Below, in pieces: positions 1 through 13,899 of a stretch of DNA of 64,000 nucleotides. The stretch comes from Squalus acanthias (lineage: Eukaryota): contig JASTWF010000326.1 in assembly GCA_030390025.1 (NCBI GenBank), positions 372,001 through 436,000 of the forward strand. The letters run 5' to 3'. Under the pieces are notes generated by a model. It had not been told where the DNA came from, made no database searches, and saw only the letters and a program-made list of their open reading frames with translations. Numbering within the stretch: position 1 is the first letter of the stretch; the number at the start of each line of letters is the position of its first letter. Position numbers and translations under genes: made by a program.

Positions 1-105
1 ACCAAATGGAACATAGAAATGAGTCACAATTTTATTTAATTTTCACAAAAATAAAGAAACTTGTGGAGTTTATTACTTCTTGTTTCTAAAAATGCAAAGC
101 AACCA

Positions 106-1752
106 TGGGGCAATTTTAACCCTATCCATCTGGTGGAAACTGCCCCAGTTACTTACCCGCCCTAGCAACCCAGATCTCAGTGGGCCAGTCTACAAAAGAA
201 CAATGCCGTAATTCCTTTATATTGAGGCAGTCCATGCTGCCACTACTCTTTGGAGCAGAATGTCAGGTGACTGGCTGGATCCTGGGAGATAACGGCTACT
301 CTCTGTAGCCTTGGCTGATGCCACCTGTGCACTTCCCAAGAATAGGAACATAGCACCGGTATAGGCAGGTCCATTCTGCTACCAGGGTTATCATCAAGCC
401 TAAATAAGTCTGGGGAAGAGGGAAGGCTATGCAATACAGTCCGGCTTGAGTCTCAAGGATAATGGTGGTGTGCTGCATGACACACAACCTTATTTTGCAA
501 AGAGGCCTCCTTGTGGTCTCAGGGATACAGCTGCTCCAGAGGGACCAGTTTCCAGCAGCCTTTCTCTTGCACTGTCAAGAAGTGCTGGTTCCATGTTTGA
601 AGCTACTTTATCTGTGCCTTAAGGAATGGACCATAAGGAAGCAGGCTCATTGCTACTCTCCAGAACGACAGCAACATCTGTAACCATTGGTGTAGGGCAT
701 AGGCTTAGAGGTGCTACTGGTCAGTGATGACAAAATTAATTGTCCAAATCCAGTCTTGAAAGTCCTGTGCAAGTATAGCATTCAGGCTGATTCTTAAGGC
801 ATCTATTGAAGCTGCCACTCCAGAAAACACCAATATCATCACTACCTCTTGCTGGTACCTTGATCCTGCAGAAATCTCTCGGACTGTCCCTCTCTCCAAC
901 ATATTCTATATTGCATGAGAAATCTTGTACGATGTGTTCCATTTCATCTCAGCCATACACACAAAAGCATGTTCACTGCCTCCACATGAGATCGATGCTC
1001 CCTATGCAACACGGTGGCATAGTGGTTAGCACTGTTGCCTCACAGCACCAGGGACCCGGGTTCGAATCCGGCCTCGGGTGACTGTCTGTGTGGAGTTTGC
1101 ACATTCTCCCCGTGTCTGCATGGGTTTCCTCCGGGTGCTCTGGTTTCCTCCCACAGTCCAAAGATGTGCGGGTTAGGTTGATTTGGCTATGATAAATTGA
1201 CCCTTAGTGTTTAGGGGATTATGGGGAATAAATACGTGGGGTTACGGGGATAGGGTGGGATATGTGTCGGTGCAGGCTCGATGGGCCGAAATGGCCTCTA
1301 TCTGCACTGTGGGGATTCTGTGATACTCATTGTTCTTTTGTAGACTGGTCCCCTGACATCTATCTGGGTCCCTAGGCTCCACAGCTGTGGGCCATTGTTT
1401 CTCCACCCTCCATGGAAGAACAACACTCTCCGCCTTTTCCACTCGCAAGCCATCACTCTCACAGGTGTTTAGTGCTTCACCCAGTGAAAACCATTCTGGC
1501 TCACTAACTACTTCCTCCTGAGTAGCTGTCTATGACCTGGTGCTGGAGTAAATGAGATGTTACAACAGGACTCAAGTTCCTCCCTCCCAGTGGCAGCAAA
1601 CCAATGAGTGGCATTACCTCTTCTAACCCATCCTGCGTATACAGTTGGGGCCCTTGGAAGATTAACTGGCAGGTTAACACCAGAGTCATATGGGTAGGTG
1701 GCAGTCTTGCCCTGTCCGACGGTTAAGCTGCGAATCAGAGGAAAATCCAGCC
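106..1752 (+). mobile_element. Old, internally deleted PIF/Harbinger remnant
   Basis: Degenerate transposase motifs on + at about 280-490 (LGDNGYSL*PWLMPP, VVCCMTHNL) match GDKGYPL..WLMTP and VVCCMLHNL of the intact copy at 35652. TIR-like ends are GGGGCAATTTT and AAAATCCAGCC. Boundaries are approximate. Confidence 0.6.
1006..1324 (+). mobile_element. tRNA-derived SINE, HE1/V-SINE type
   Basis: Pol III A box TGGCATAGTGG (1015) and B box GGTTCGAATCC (1059). V-domain-like core TGTGTGGAGTTTGCACATTCTCCCCGTGTCTGC...CTCCCACAGTCCAAAGA. CR1-like 3' tail. Confidence 0.85.
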
Positions 1753-1927
1753 ACAAATGTTTGGGAATTTGATGGGCAATTGATTCAGTTGGCCTGATTC
1801 ACTGCTTTGGATCATGAAAAAATTTTTGAAAAAAGGTTTAGTGGTTTCACCTACAGATTAGCAGACGATCAGAATGACATGAAAGATGTTGTCATGACCC
1901 TTCAGATGATTTGTTGATTATTATTGC

Positions 1928-2041
1928 AGGGCTATGGTGAAAGAGCAGGGAGGTGGGACTAATTGGAGAGCTCTTTCAAAGAGCCGGCACAGGCATGATG
2001 GGCTGAATGGCCTTCTTCTGTGTTGTATGATTCTATGATTA
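1928..2041 (+). mobile_element. CR1 LINE 3' end fragment
   Basis: Resembles the 3' UTR and tail of the CR1 at 12060-12170; ends TATGATTCTATGATT. Confidence 0.7.
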
Positions 2042-2383
2042 TGTAGGCATGATAAATTTCTAAGCCTATAAATGACAGCCTCCTTGGGAGCGGAATTTAG
2101 GATTCAGGTGAAGATGGGTAATTTGGAGATGGCAATTTGAGTAGGAACTGCTAGGTTTCTATTTCATCTAACTTACACTGCCTATTCAGAATTGGGTGAG
2201 GGAGGTGTGTGCATCTTATGTTCCCACTCCACTTATGTTGAAACATTCCAAGGACCCCCAGGTGCCATCGGCAACACCCTGCACTTTTGGGAATGCTGCC
2301 ATTTGAAATAAACAAGGGTTTTGTGCTGTTGCTTCTTGTTGTCCGCGGGGAAAGTTATGTACTTATTTGCACTAGCAAACATT

Positions 2384-3126
2384 GGCCCAGAAATTGATCT
2401 CGCTCTGTTCCCGCGGGGGTAAGCCTTCCCCGCGATGTCTCACCTCGCTTATGCTTTTTCTGATCCAGCTCGCACGAACTTGATGTTCCAGACATCAGCT
2501 GTGCTGGGCTTGCGTATCCCAGCGGCGCAGTTAATTCGTGCGAGCTGTGGGATCACGTGACTCAGTTAGAGCCAATGGCAGCACACCATCTTCCATTCAT
2601 AAGTCTCACAGCATGGCTGTGAGACTTATGAATCTTACACCCCCCCAAAATAACAGCTAAACCTCAATTAAATTAAAAAAAAAAACCATCACATTAATAA
2701 AATAAGTATAGTTAATTAAATTAACCATTTTAAATAAAAAATTAAATTTTTGAAAAAATTTTAAATCTTTTAAAAAGTTATAAAAATAAACTTACCTGTC
2801 TTTAAAGTCTATAAAAAAGATATACCTGTAAAAAAAATTCAAAAAAATACTTAATTCACTACTTACCTTCTTAAAAGCGGGTCTTACTCCTCCTTTTTAC
2901 ATTTCCAAAATCTTCCCTACTTACCTGCGCGTCCAAAGCATGAAGTGCACAGCGTGCGCGCAGCCTGTAGCGCGCACGCGATGCACTCAGGCCCCGCCCC
3001 CTTTTCGGAAGAGCAACTGCCGGTTTTCAGCGCATGCGCAGGGCATGCAGAAAACCGGCAATTGGAGTGGAAATACGCGAGAGTATGCAGTGCGTACTCT
3101 CGCGTCCCGGGATCAATTTTCGGCCC
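2384..3126. mobile_element. Harbinger-type MITE
   Basis: TIRs GGCCCAGAAATTGATC / GATCAATTTTCGGCCC, ATT TSD on both sides. AT-rich core and internal palindromes. Related to 26112-26878. Confidence 0.8.
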
Positions 3127-6100
3127 ATTATATCAGTCACCTGTTTTATGCAGCAATGCACTGCAAACTGATGAATATTATAGATGGATCCACTGACCCC
3201 CTAGAAAAAGCCCAAGACATAAAATATTCAAGGTGGTTGTCACCTTCACTACAGTATCTAGCCTGGCCTGGAGCTGGGCTGCAGATCCTTGTGTGGTATG
3301 TTGCATAACTCTGTCACTACCTCTTTGGTGAATTTATGCCTCCAACATCAATGCTCCTCTGTTAGGTCCAGATAATTCCTTCATGGTCAATATTTCAATC
3401 GGCAGAGTAGTGGCAGGGTGGACCACTTCCTTGGCATCCAAACTTGCTTCCTGGTTCTCCTCCTCCTCTTCCTCTAAGAGGCACGTATATGATGGGATTC
3501 CGAATGGGACTACCATTGTGCTAAGGAGGATGCTTGGAGCCGAAAAGTGTATGTAATTCCCCAGACCCCCTTAACAGCTTCTACTAGGGCAACTTATTGC
3601 AGCAACAGACTTTTAAATTGTAGTCTTCTAATTGTCCAAAGATAGATTTGCCAGTCACAATCCACAGTGGTGCCTCTTTCTTTCAGCATCTGTAGATTTC
3701 AGACACAGCTTGACAGTTGGAAATGGGTGTAGGGAGATTCCACGCTACCAATGTTAGCTTTATACGGGCGCTATTACCATCTGACCTATAACCTGTGTCA
3801 GGGAGAGAATAGATACTAGAATGGCTACAATGATGTCACTTCCAGCTCTTTTAAAATTAATTTGCATTTTGTCCCCACTTGACCCCACTTTTTACTCTCT
3901 ACACCCCAGACATGGACACACATGACAGTATGCAGAGCAAAATTGGCTCACTGTCTTTTTACATCAAGACCAGGATTCAAATCCAGCTTGGACTGAGGAT
4001 ACAAAAGTCTCTGGTACCTTTATGGGTTCTATTTTAAATGAATTTTGGTTTTGAATCATTCCCTTCAGGTCCACGGCACAAACTACACATAATTCAGCAT
4101 AAGCAGGCACTAAAATGACAATCTCACTCATATGGTTGTGTGTTGCAGGAAGTGGAAAAAGTCACACTGATGCAGCACAAAATTTATTTGTTAAATTGGA
4201 GCTAATGACACATTTTTAGTGCAGAGTTAGGGCAGCTTTTCTCTTCATCTCACCGTGATCTACTTGACCAGGTGCTTGATGCTGAATGGCTAGAAATAAT
4301 TGAAAACCTTCCTTCCCTCAGTACTGAGATCTGTCATCTTTGATGAGTCCCTCCCCCAAAACAAACCCCTCCTGTACAATTACTAGCAATTGTCTTCAGT
4401 GTGGATTTAACACAGGTTTATAGCAGACTGCTTGCCTGTCCATTCTTTATGTGGGGAAATGATGTGTCGTTAACAGGGATTTAAAAAAACCTAACTTTAA
4501 AAAAAAGTCTAAAGGCATTGACCTTATGGTGGCACTGGGTTTTGGTCACTCTGCAGTGTTGGAGAAGTAAGATACAGGTTTGTATTCTTAATTCCCCATG
4601 TGATGAACCTCTGATGTCAAAGGGGCCTGTAGAGGGAAGCACTGAGCAGTGGGTAAGTGTTTCCCCCAAAGAGAGGGAGCAATATTCAAAGAAGTCACTT
4701 TTGGCTGTTCTAATGGTGGTTTATGATAGCAGCATGGGCCTGAGAGTAAATTGTCCTCCCAGTCTATCAATCAGGAAACAACGCAGAGCATGAAAGAAGC
4801 TAAGGGTTGGGGGAAAATGATCAAAAAAGAATTGGAGACAAAAAAAATTGAAAGATCGGTGCAAAGAGCAAACATTAAGGGAACTTTTAATTAAACAATC
4901 AGTTTCCTTACCTCCCTTGGGCTATTTTAGACTGTCAACTCGTAATCCTTTTTTAGGCCTTCGCCAATTAATCTATTATTTTGTTAAAGGCACCTCATGC
5001 ATAATAATAATTTAGCCAGCAGTTAGGTAGTGGAGGCATTGCAGTACTGTGAACTGAAACATCCTCTGGCAATAGCTACTTTTTAAAATATTAATCACTT
5101 GGAGCATCTGAAGTTTGCTATTCTGCAATAAATGATATTCCCTCCCCAAGCAGCAATATCTCCAGAGCAATAGTACACAAACTCTAATGGGTTTGTAAAA
5201 AATCTGATAAGCTTCTCACCATCTAACAATGAAAGTATTTTGACCATACACACACTGGTGCAGCATGTTGGTGCAAATGTAAACACACTCTGCACAAAAT
5301 AATCGGACTTGTTTTTATACCCACAACCACCTAAGCAGCAAGTTTCTGAATATTGCTAGAGAGAAACAACAATCAAAATCTAGTTACTTCCACACGAAGA
5401 GAGATGGAAAATCAATGGACTGTTATAAAGCAACATCAGCAGAGGTGTGGGATTCGGCCTGGTTTGCAAGTTCTCTTGCTTGGGGAGTGGTATATAGCAC
5501 AAGGGGATCTAAAGAAAAGGGAGAGGAATAAATAAGTAAAAGACATTGGGGAAATAATTATTTTAAAAATCGTTTGATTACATGCCTTACTTTTTAATCT
5601 CTTGCCTCATATTTTGTTAAGGTTAAAGAGTAATTTTCCCCCCTGAATGTTCACAAATACTTGACATTTTCTCATTAAATAAGGGGGCAATCCTGATTAC
5701 TTTTGATTTTTTTAAACCTAGTGTGTTAGGACAGGTCTTTATAATTACAGTTCCTCACATGATGAGAGAGGATGACAAAAGATACTGGCTGGCACATTTG
5801 CAATTTTATTTTGGTAGGGAAGAGCACAAGGGCAGACAGTACGTGTATAATCATTATCCTCCTGTATCTCAGCCTTCTTCCTGTGTTGTCAATCTCAGAG
5901 GAGTTATTAATGTTCAAGGGAGATAGGAAAATTCTTAAAAGCATCCTGAGGAGGAAATAGGAGGTGGAACAGCAGTTCTAAGCAATTGGCCGCTGTTGTA
6001 CATTGTAAAACAATTGTGTAACTTGACAGATCACAAGTTTTGGGTTTTCGTGCATGCGCATCGCTGTGCGGAAACCCGGAACTTGCGGGGCACTTATGGC

Positions 6101-7145
6101 CACGTACGCTGTGCGTACCCGGTCATAGGCCCAGGAGAATCCGGGCCCATATGTTACCATTTTATAACTAGCCCGCGGAAAAACATTTAGGGGATTATTG
6201 TCTGGTGTCCAAAACCATAAGACTCAATCCTTTAGAGCCAACATTTAAGTATTGTTGCATACATTCTGCAGCCTTGAGGCTATGGCATGAAATGTGCACA
6301 AGCATTTTATTACACAAATGAAGCTGGCTGAAAGGTCCCTTGTATAAAGAATTGGGTGCATAACATGTCTAAGGTCTGCTGGTCCAATTTTCCAATCTCC
6401 CAGACATCTTCACTCCCTACACAACTGCCACAGAATTGGACCCTATATAACTGGAGTTGCAAACAATAGAACCAGATATTGATGTTATTATAGTAACATG
6501 CAGTTACCATATACTTATCTGTATTTGGTTGTGAACATAACACACAGCAAACCGCTGAGCATATCCTTATATTAAGCAAAGATTTTCATGCAAATCTGAA
6601 ACAGCTGTCTTTTATTTTGAATTTAACCAAGGTTTAATTGTTTCATTTTTTTCAATAACAGTCAGGTCTCAAAAGTATTCACCACTGAACTGCCTCTGAC
6701 CATTTTTCCTGTACATCACCATGTGTGCAGTAATGATCAATCGCAGCTGTAATATTGCATGAAATGAAATTAAAAGATACCAATTTATGTTAGATAGTAG
6801 TCTGGTTTTAGTTGTGTGTGTGGTCACTAAGGTGAGGATTTACAGTTCTGAGAAATGGAACATTTTCTATCTTTTTCCAATTCTCAGGTCAAGCATATCA
6901 TGGACCTATTGCAGACTGAAAGCTTTACCTACACTGCTCCCACATGTACCTCAACCCTAACCTTCGAGAAACAACCTCTACTGTACCAATGAATGTGAAT
7001 TTTCACAATCTGTCTATCCTTATGGCATATCTAGGTTTTATTCCAGGGCCTGTGCTTCTTCTCAAACTTGTCAAACTCATTTCACTTAGGATCTTTGCAA
7101 ACGTCAGAAAGTGAAGGCTTTTGTCCCATGAAGCTGGACTGGATT

Positions 7146-7762
7146 AACAACAACAACAACTTGTATTTATATAGCGCCTTTCATGTAGTAAAACGTCGCA
7201 AGGCGCTGCACAGGAGCGTTATCAAAACAAAATTTGACACCGAGCCACATAAGGAGATATTAGGGTGGGTGGGTCACAGAGGTAGGTTTTAAGGAGCGTC
7301 TTAAAGGAAGAAAGAGAGGCGGAGGGGTTTAGGGAGGGAATTCCAGAGCTTAGGACCTAGGCAGCTGAAGGCACAGCCGCCAATGGTGGAGCGATTAAAA
7401 TCGGGGATGCTCAAGAGGCCAGAATTGGCAGAGTGTAGAAGTCTTGGGGGATTGTAGTGCTGGAGGAGATTACAGAGATGGGGAGGGAATACATTGGAAT
7501 AGTCAAGTTGAGAGGTAACAAAGGCATGGATGAGGGTTTTAGCAGCAGATAAGCTGAGGCAAGGGTGGAGACGGGCGATGTTACAGAGGTGGAAATAGCA
7601 GTCTTAGTGATGGTGCGGATATGAGGTAGGAAGCTCATCTCGTGATCAAATATAACACCAAGGTTGCGACCAGACTGATTCAGCCTCAGGCAGTTGCCAG
7701 GGAGGGGGATGGAGTCGGTGGCAAGGGAACAAAGTTTGTGGCATGGACTGAAGACAATGGCT
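7146..7762 (-). mobile_element. L2-type LINE 3' fragment
   Basis: Minus-strand RT C-terminal remnant (SFLPHIRTITKTA...) followed by a (GTT)n tail. Confidence 0.7.
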
Positions 7763-8967
7763 CTTTTTTAATAACTCCTAATTTTTTAATATATATTATT
7801 AATTTTTTTAATTAAAACCCAAATCCTAGATGTAAAAAGTTATCCCAGTGTATCATTCAATTCTTCCTTCTGGTTTGATTGAGATTAGAAGATAATTAAA
7901 ATAGTGTAAATTTAGTGAAAGTATATATTGATACAAATTACTGTGCCTCCTTACTGTATGTCTTCACAGTCAGGAGGCAGAGTATTAGAAGTGCACCTGT
8001 GAATGTGTGAATAAAAACAAGAAACATGAATCCATAAGTGGGCACAAAGTGCATATTAAAGACATTGGCCCCAACTGTTTTCAGCATTTTGGGGCCTAAA
8101 ATTGGGACAACTCATTTTAATGGCCAGCAAATTGAGCACAATCTCATTTCCGTCCCAAAAATGCAAAACCCGAATTTCCTAATGCTATTTGGCTCTGCCT
8201 GTGGTCTGTCTACTAGGTCCCCATTTGGCTGATTTGAACATATCAGCCTGAATTTCCTACGCTCGCAATGCACGAGGGGTAAGTTGGAATGGGAAATATA
8301 AGGTGCAGCTGTGAGAGTGATGGAAAGGAGAAGTTTCTGAGTCTGAAGACTGCCGAAAGTTTGAGTAGTGATTCCTGGAGCTGGGAATTACATTTTGGAG
8401 TGTTTTCTCTGCTTTGCGCCCAGACATCCTTGCACTTGCTTCTGACTGCCTGTGGGAGTGGGAAACAACCAAAATATTTTGTCCCTTTCTCTCCTCCAAG
8501 TGCAGCCTTCACAGGAGCAAGTAGTTCATTGCCCACGGGAATACCTTTGTCTGCCATTATCATGGAGGAGGAAAATGAGCAGGAGAGGATCGAGGAAAGG
8601 AAAATGAGACAGCAGTTAAGGAGGATGCATGCCACAAGATCGAATATACAGATGAACACCTTAGTGAGGAAATATGTATCAAAGAGTGTGCTTCACCAAA
8701 GAGTTAATAGGGGAGCTGTGCCACCTACTGCATGAAGACCTGCATCTGCTCGGACAGCTTTGTCTGTGGTCACGAAGGTCAGGACTGCGCTCAACTTTTA
8801 TTGCACCAGTCATTTCAAGCAGCCATGGTAGATCTTTGCATTAGTCAGGTGTCTGACACATTTTTCTGCAGAGCTGGGTAATTCATCCAGATTAGCATCA
8901 CAGCACTGCATTGCAGGATGCAGCCATTGACTTTAATGGGGCTGCTAGCTTTCTCAAGGTGCAGCAT

Positions 8968-11900
8968 GTAGCAAATTTCTGAGAAGTGTAAAAACAATAG
9001 GGCAGTAATATTAGGGGATTTCAACTACCCTAACATTAACTGGGATAGAATCAGTGTAAAAGGTATAGAGGGCGCAGAATTCTTAAAATGCATTCAGGAG
9101 AACTTTTTTAGCCAGTACGTAACAAGCCCAACAAGAGAGGGGGCGGTTCTGCACTTAGTTTTAGGGAATGAAGCTGGGCAGGTGGAAGGGGCATCAGTGG
9201 GAGAGCATATTGGCGGTAGTGATCATAATTCAGTTAGATTTAGCATAGTTATGGAAAAGGAAAAAGATAGACGAGGTGTAAAAGTTCTCGATTGGAGACA
9301 GGACAATTTTACTAAGCTGAGATGTGATTTAGCAAAAGTGGACTGGAAACAGCTACTTGAAGGTAAATCAGTGTCAGAGCAGTGGGAAGCATTCAAGGAG
9401 GAGATAGTGAGGGTTCAGAGCAAATATGTTCCCACAAAGAAAAAGGGTGGGACTCCCAAATCTAGAGCCCCCTGGATGTCAAGGGGCAGACAGGGTATGA
9501 TAAGGCAAAAAAGGAACGCTTATATCAGATACCGAGAGCTAAATATGGCAGAAAGCCTAGAGGAGTATAGAAATTGCAGGGGTGAAATTAAAAAGGAAAT
9601 TAGGAAAGCAAAGAGAGGGCATGAAAAAATATTGGCAAGTAAAATCAAGGAAAATCCAAAGATGTTTTATAAATACATAAAGAGCAAGAGGATAACTAAA
9701 GAAAGAGTAGGGTCTATTAGGGACCAAAAGGAAAGCTTGTGTGTGGAGGTGGAAGACGTGGGTATGGTTCTTAATGAATACTTTGGGCTGGATTTTCATT
9801 GATCCGTGGAGGCGGGTTTGGAGGCATGTGGGGGGTTAAAATTGTGAAAACTGGCTGGCGGGCACAAGTCCGCCTCCATCCCGCTGCCATGCAATTTTCA
9901 TTAAATCGTGTCTGCTGGTCCCGACTCCGTCCCGCCTCTAAGAGGCGGGATAGGCTGTTAAGGCCCTTACCAAGGACTAAATTGCCTCTATAATGCCATT
10001 TTGAAAGGCCTTTGTGATTTTAACCCTTTTTCTACGTGAAGCACGCCTGTTCTGAACCACGAATGTGAAACCTGGCGGGAGCACATTTGGTTGGTTGGCT
10101 GGCTGGCTGGCTGGCTGGCTATGGGGATGCATATATGGATAGCTATGTGGATGGATGGATGGAGAGGAGACATATCTGGGAGTGGTGGTGTAAAAATATC
10201 TGGGAGCAAACTTAGGACTGCTGCTGCTCATTTTGCATTCAGGTCCTCTCACAGCAAAGGCCAGGCAGTCTCTGAAGACCTTCAATGCAGCAGCAATGGT
10301 GACATCATTAGAGGCGACTTTCAGACTGAAAAAACTAATTGGTTCATGGGTTCCCACATGCTGGAACTCAATTGCCCAATTAGGTGAAAATTGCATCAAT
10401 CTCCCACATCCAATTGCAGTCGGGTGGATAACACGAAAAGTGGATGACACGACCCCAACCCACCCCAGTATCAAAATCCAGCCCTTTGTGTCTCTCTTCG
10501 CAAAAGAGAGGGACGATGCAGATGTTGTAGTTAAGGAGGAGGAGTGCAAAATATTAGATGAGATAAACATAGTGAGAGAGGAAATATTAAGGGGTTTAGC
10601 ATCTTGGAAAGTAGATAATTCACCAGGCCTGGATGAATTGTATTCCAGGCTGTTAAGAGAAGCAAGGGAGGAAATAGCGGAGGCTCTGACCATCATTTTC
10701 CAATCCTCTCTGGCTACAGGTGTGGTGCCACAGGATTGGAGGACTGCTAACATTGTACCGTTGTTTAAAAAGGGAGAAAGTGATAGATGAGTAATTACAG
10801 GCCAGTCAGCAAATTGTTGGAAAAAATTCCGGGGACAGTATTAATCGTCATTTAGAAAGGCACGGATTAATCAAGGACAGTCAGCATGAATTTGTTAAGG
10901 GAAGGTCATGTCTGACTAACTTTGATTGAATTTTTTGAGGAGGTAACAAGGAGGGTTGATGAGGGTATTACGTTTGATGTTGTCTACATGGATTTTTGCA
11001 AGGCTTTTGACAAGGTCCCACATGGCAGACTGGTCAGAAAAGTAAAAGCCCATGGGATCCAAGGGAAAGTGGCAAGTTGGATTCAAAATTGGCTCAGTGG
11101 CAGGTAGCAAAGGGTAATGGTCAACATATGTTTCTGTGACTGGAAAGCTGTTTCCAATGGGATTCTGCAGGGCTCAGTACTAGGTCCCTTGCTTTTTGTG
11201 GTATACATCAATGATTTAGACTTCAATGTAGGGGCATGATTAAGAAGTTTGCAGATGATGCAAACATTGGCCATGTGGTTGATAGTGAGGAAGAAAGCTG
11301 TAGACTGCAGGAAGATATCGATGGACTGGTCAGGGGGGCAGAAAAGTGGCAAATGGAATTCAATCCGGAGAAGTGTGAGGTAATGCATTTGGGGAGGGCT
11401 AACAAGGCACGGGAATACACAATAAATGGTAGGATGCTGCGAAGTGTAGAGGAACAGAGGGACCTTGGAGTGTGTGTTCACAGATCCCTGAAGGTAGCAG
11501 GACAGGTAGATAAGATGGTTAAGAAGGCATACGGGATACTTTCCTTTATTAGTCGAGGCATAGAATATAAGAACAGGGAGATTGTGCTTGAACTGTATCA
11601 AACACTAGTTAAGCCACAGCTAGAGTACTGTGTATAGTTCTGGTCACTGCATTACAGGAAAGATGTGATTGCACTAGAGAGAGTAAAGAGGAGATTTACA
11701 AGGATGTTGCCAGGACTGGAGAATTTTAGCTATGAGGAAAGATTGGATAGGCTGGGCTTGTTTTGTTTGCAACAGAGGAGGCTGAAGGGAGACTTAACTG
11801 AGGTGTATAAAATTATGAGGTGCCTAGATAGAATGGATAGGAAGGACCTATTTCCCTTAGCAGAGGGGTCAACAACCAGGGGGCATAGATTTAAAGTAAT

Positions 11901-12170
11901 TGGTAGAAGGGTTAGAGGGGAGTTGAGGAGAACCTTTTTCACCCAGAGGGTGGTGTGGTTCTGGAACTCACTGCCTGAAAGGATGGTAGAGGCAGAAACC
12001 CTCATCATATTTAAAAAGTACTTGGATATGCACTTGAAGTGCTGTAACCTACAGGGCAATGGACCAAGAGCTGGAAAGTGGGATTAGGCTGGATAGCTCT
12101 TTTTCGGCCAGCACGGACACGATGGGTCGAATGACCTCCTTCTGTGCCATAAATTTCTATGATTCTATGA
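8968..12170 (+). pseudogene. 5'-truncated CR1 LINE ORF2 (endonuclease-RT), disrupted
   Basis: Motifs GDFNYP, GSDHN, SPGLD..Y.RLL, DWRTANIVPLFKKG, DVVYMDFCKAFDKVPH, FADD, FFTQRVV..WNSLP, then an (ATTCTATG)n tail. Carries several stops and frameshifts plus a MITE insertion. Confidence 0.95.
9785..10484. mobile_element. Harbinger-type MITE inserted in CR1 ORF2
   Basis: TIRs GGGCTGGATTTT / AAAATCCAGCCC, TTT TSD. Removing it restores the CR1 frame LNEYF|VSLFAKE. Confidence 0.9.
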
Positions 12171-13899
12171 TGACACCCAATTTAACAGAAAGGGCTGTCA
12201 CTCGCTCATTGTCCAGCTTGTGTGTGACAATATACAGAGAATCCTGGACATCAACATAAAATTTGCTAGATGTTGCCACGGTGCATTTATCATTTGGAAT
12301 TTTTCTGTCTCTGAGCTCTTCAGGAAAAAAAATCATGTCAGCAGTTGTCTTGTGAGTGACACGGCGTTCCCCCTGCTCTTGGTTAATTACCTATTAAGAG
12401 TGGCCTGAACAGCAGCAGAGGAGCACAGGAATGAGGTACATGTCTCCACTAGATTGGTCATCAAGAGGACCATCGGGATCTGAAAGGGGCTCTTTCACAG
12501 TCTTGAAAGGTTAGGAGAGGCTCTGCAATATTCTCCAGCTTGTGTGTCCTGCATAGTTATAGCCCCCTGTGCCCTGCACAACTTCACCATCCAAAAGTAC
12601 ATAGATATGGACATTCTTGGGGAGGTGGCCCTAACTGCTTTGGAGGCAGAGCCATATGGAGGAGAGCATCAGGACGACCATTACAAAGTGGACTCCTCAG
12701 TAATGCTTGCAAAGGATATCAAAGCACAACTAATCACTGAAGTCATCTCTTCTGTTTAATACAGTCCACCTCTCTCATTAGTGCCTTAACTCTTGCACAG
12801 CTTCAAATAAAGGACAAATCCTTCAATCTACTAGCCATCTTAGAAGCTCACAACACATCAGCTCTCTTTGCTGCAACATTAATAATTGAATAAGTCAGCA
12901 TGAAATAAGTGCCTTCCTGTATGACAGTAATTCTACATGAATAACAAAGCATGACATAAGTGCACATTCTGTTTTAATACGCCAAAGTGAACAGAAGCCA
13001 ACCTATTCTTTCCTAAAACTGCACTTGCCCTGGGTGGCTAAACCTGCCTTTCTTTGTCCTATTCTAGTGCTTCTGCTTGGTGTAATCGGAGAGCCAGTGG
13101 TGGTTGGCTGCTCCTGGGCCTGCATCCCAGCCTCCAAAGTCTGGAAGCTGGTTCCAGGGTGCTGTCTAATCTGTCCCCTACTGCCACCGAGGCAGCAGTC
13201 TATGCATCTGTGGAGGAGGAGGTACTGACTAGTCTCTGGCCAATACTGAGTTGAGGGGCTGCTGCAGATTCCAGTGAGGCAGCCACATGCTCCATTCATG
13301 GATGAAACAAAGAGAAAGCTTCCCTGATATTGCTGCAAATGAGAGTTGTAGACTCCAGAGTCACACTTGTCAGTTGCTGCACATCCTTGAAGATTGACCT
13401 CAGAGCCTCCACGCAGGTGTGATGTTCCTTGAATACCCTTCTATGCAGGTGAATACCCATGAGATCTGGGTCTCACAACTCAGATGCCATAGGCAGGCTT
13501 CTGCTCAGCCTTAACTGGGAAGATAGCACGTCCTCACCCTACTCCCCTTTCGCTCCCTTTGTAAATCACCCAATGCCACGTCCTCACTAACACTATTTAA
13601 TTCCCTTAGGTGAAAATATCTGAGGTGGTGTGTAGAAGTGACAATCTTCAGCCAGACTTGGCTTTATAGAGACTGCATTTAAACTTCAAGTACCCTTGTG
13701 CAATACTTCCATTTTGCTCGGGAGTTATGCTAATGAACCACCAATGAATATTGAAATAAGCTGACCCCACAATCTATCACAGATTCAGCTCTGCAGAGCA
13801 TCGGCAGTTGGAGGTCCTGACTCATTGGTGCAAATCATCACATGAAATTTTGGGGCCACTGAAAAGAGAGAAGTAAATGAGTAAATGGATTAATTTACT

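Larger units (their letters stand above)
8067..13857 (+). mobile_element. Old PIF/Harbinger element interrupted by a CR1 LINE
   Basis: TIR-like GGCCCCAA.../...TTGGGGCC, with ATT/ACT flanks. Decayed transposase on + at about 8500-8965, resuming at 12171-12759 (INIKFARCCHGAFI, CALHNF). Decayed second gene on - at about 13000-13600. Confidence 0.6.

Noticed and set aside
1006..1085. tRNA gene
   Set aside because: The A and B boxes are the head of a SINE that continues into a V-domain core and LINE-like tail.
4481..6579. Several 60-90 aa ORFs as exons
   Set aside because: No consistent frame, splice pattern or family motif.
9977..10790. Long ORFs of 258 and 185 aa
   Set aside because: They are chimeric read-throughs of MITE sequence and CR1 ORF2.
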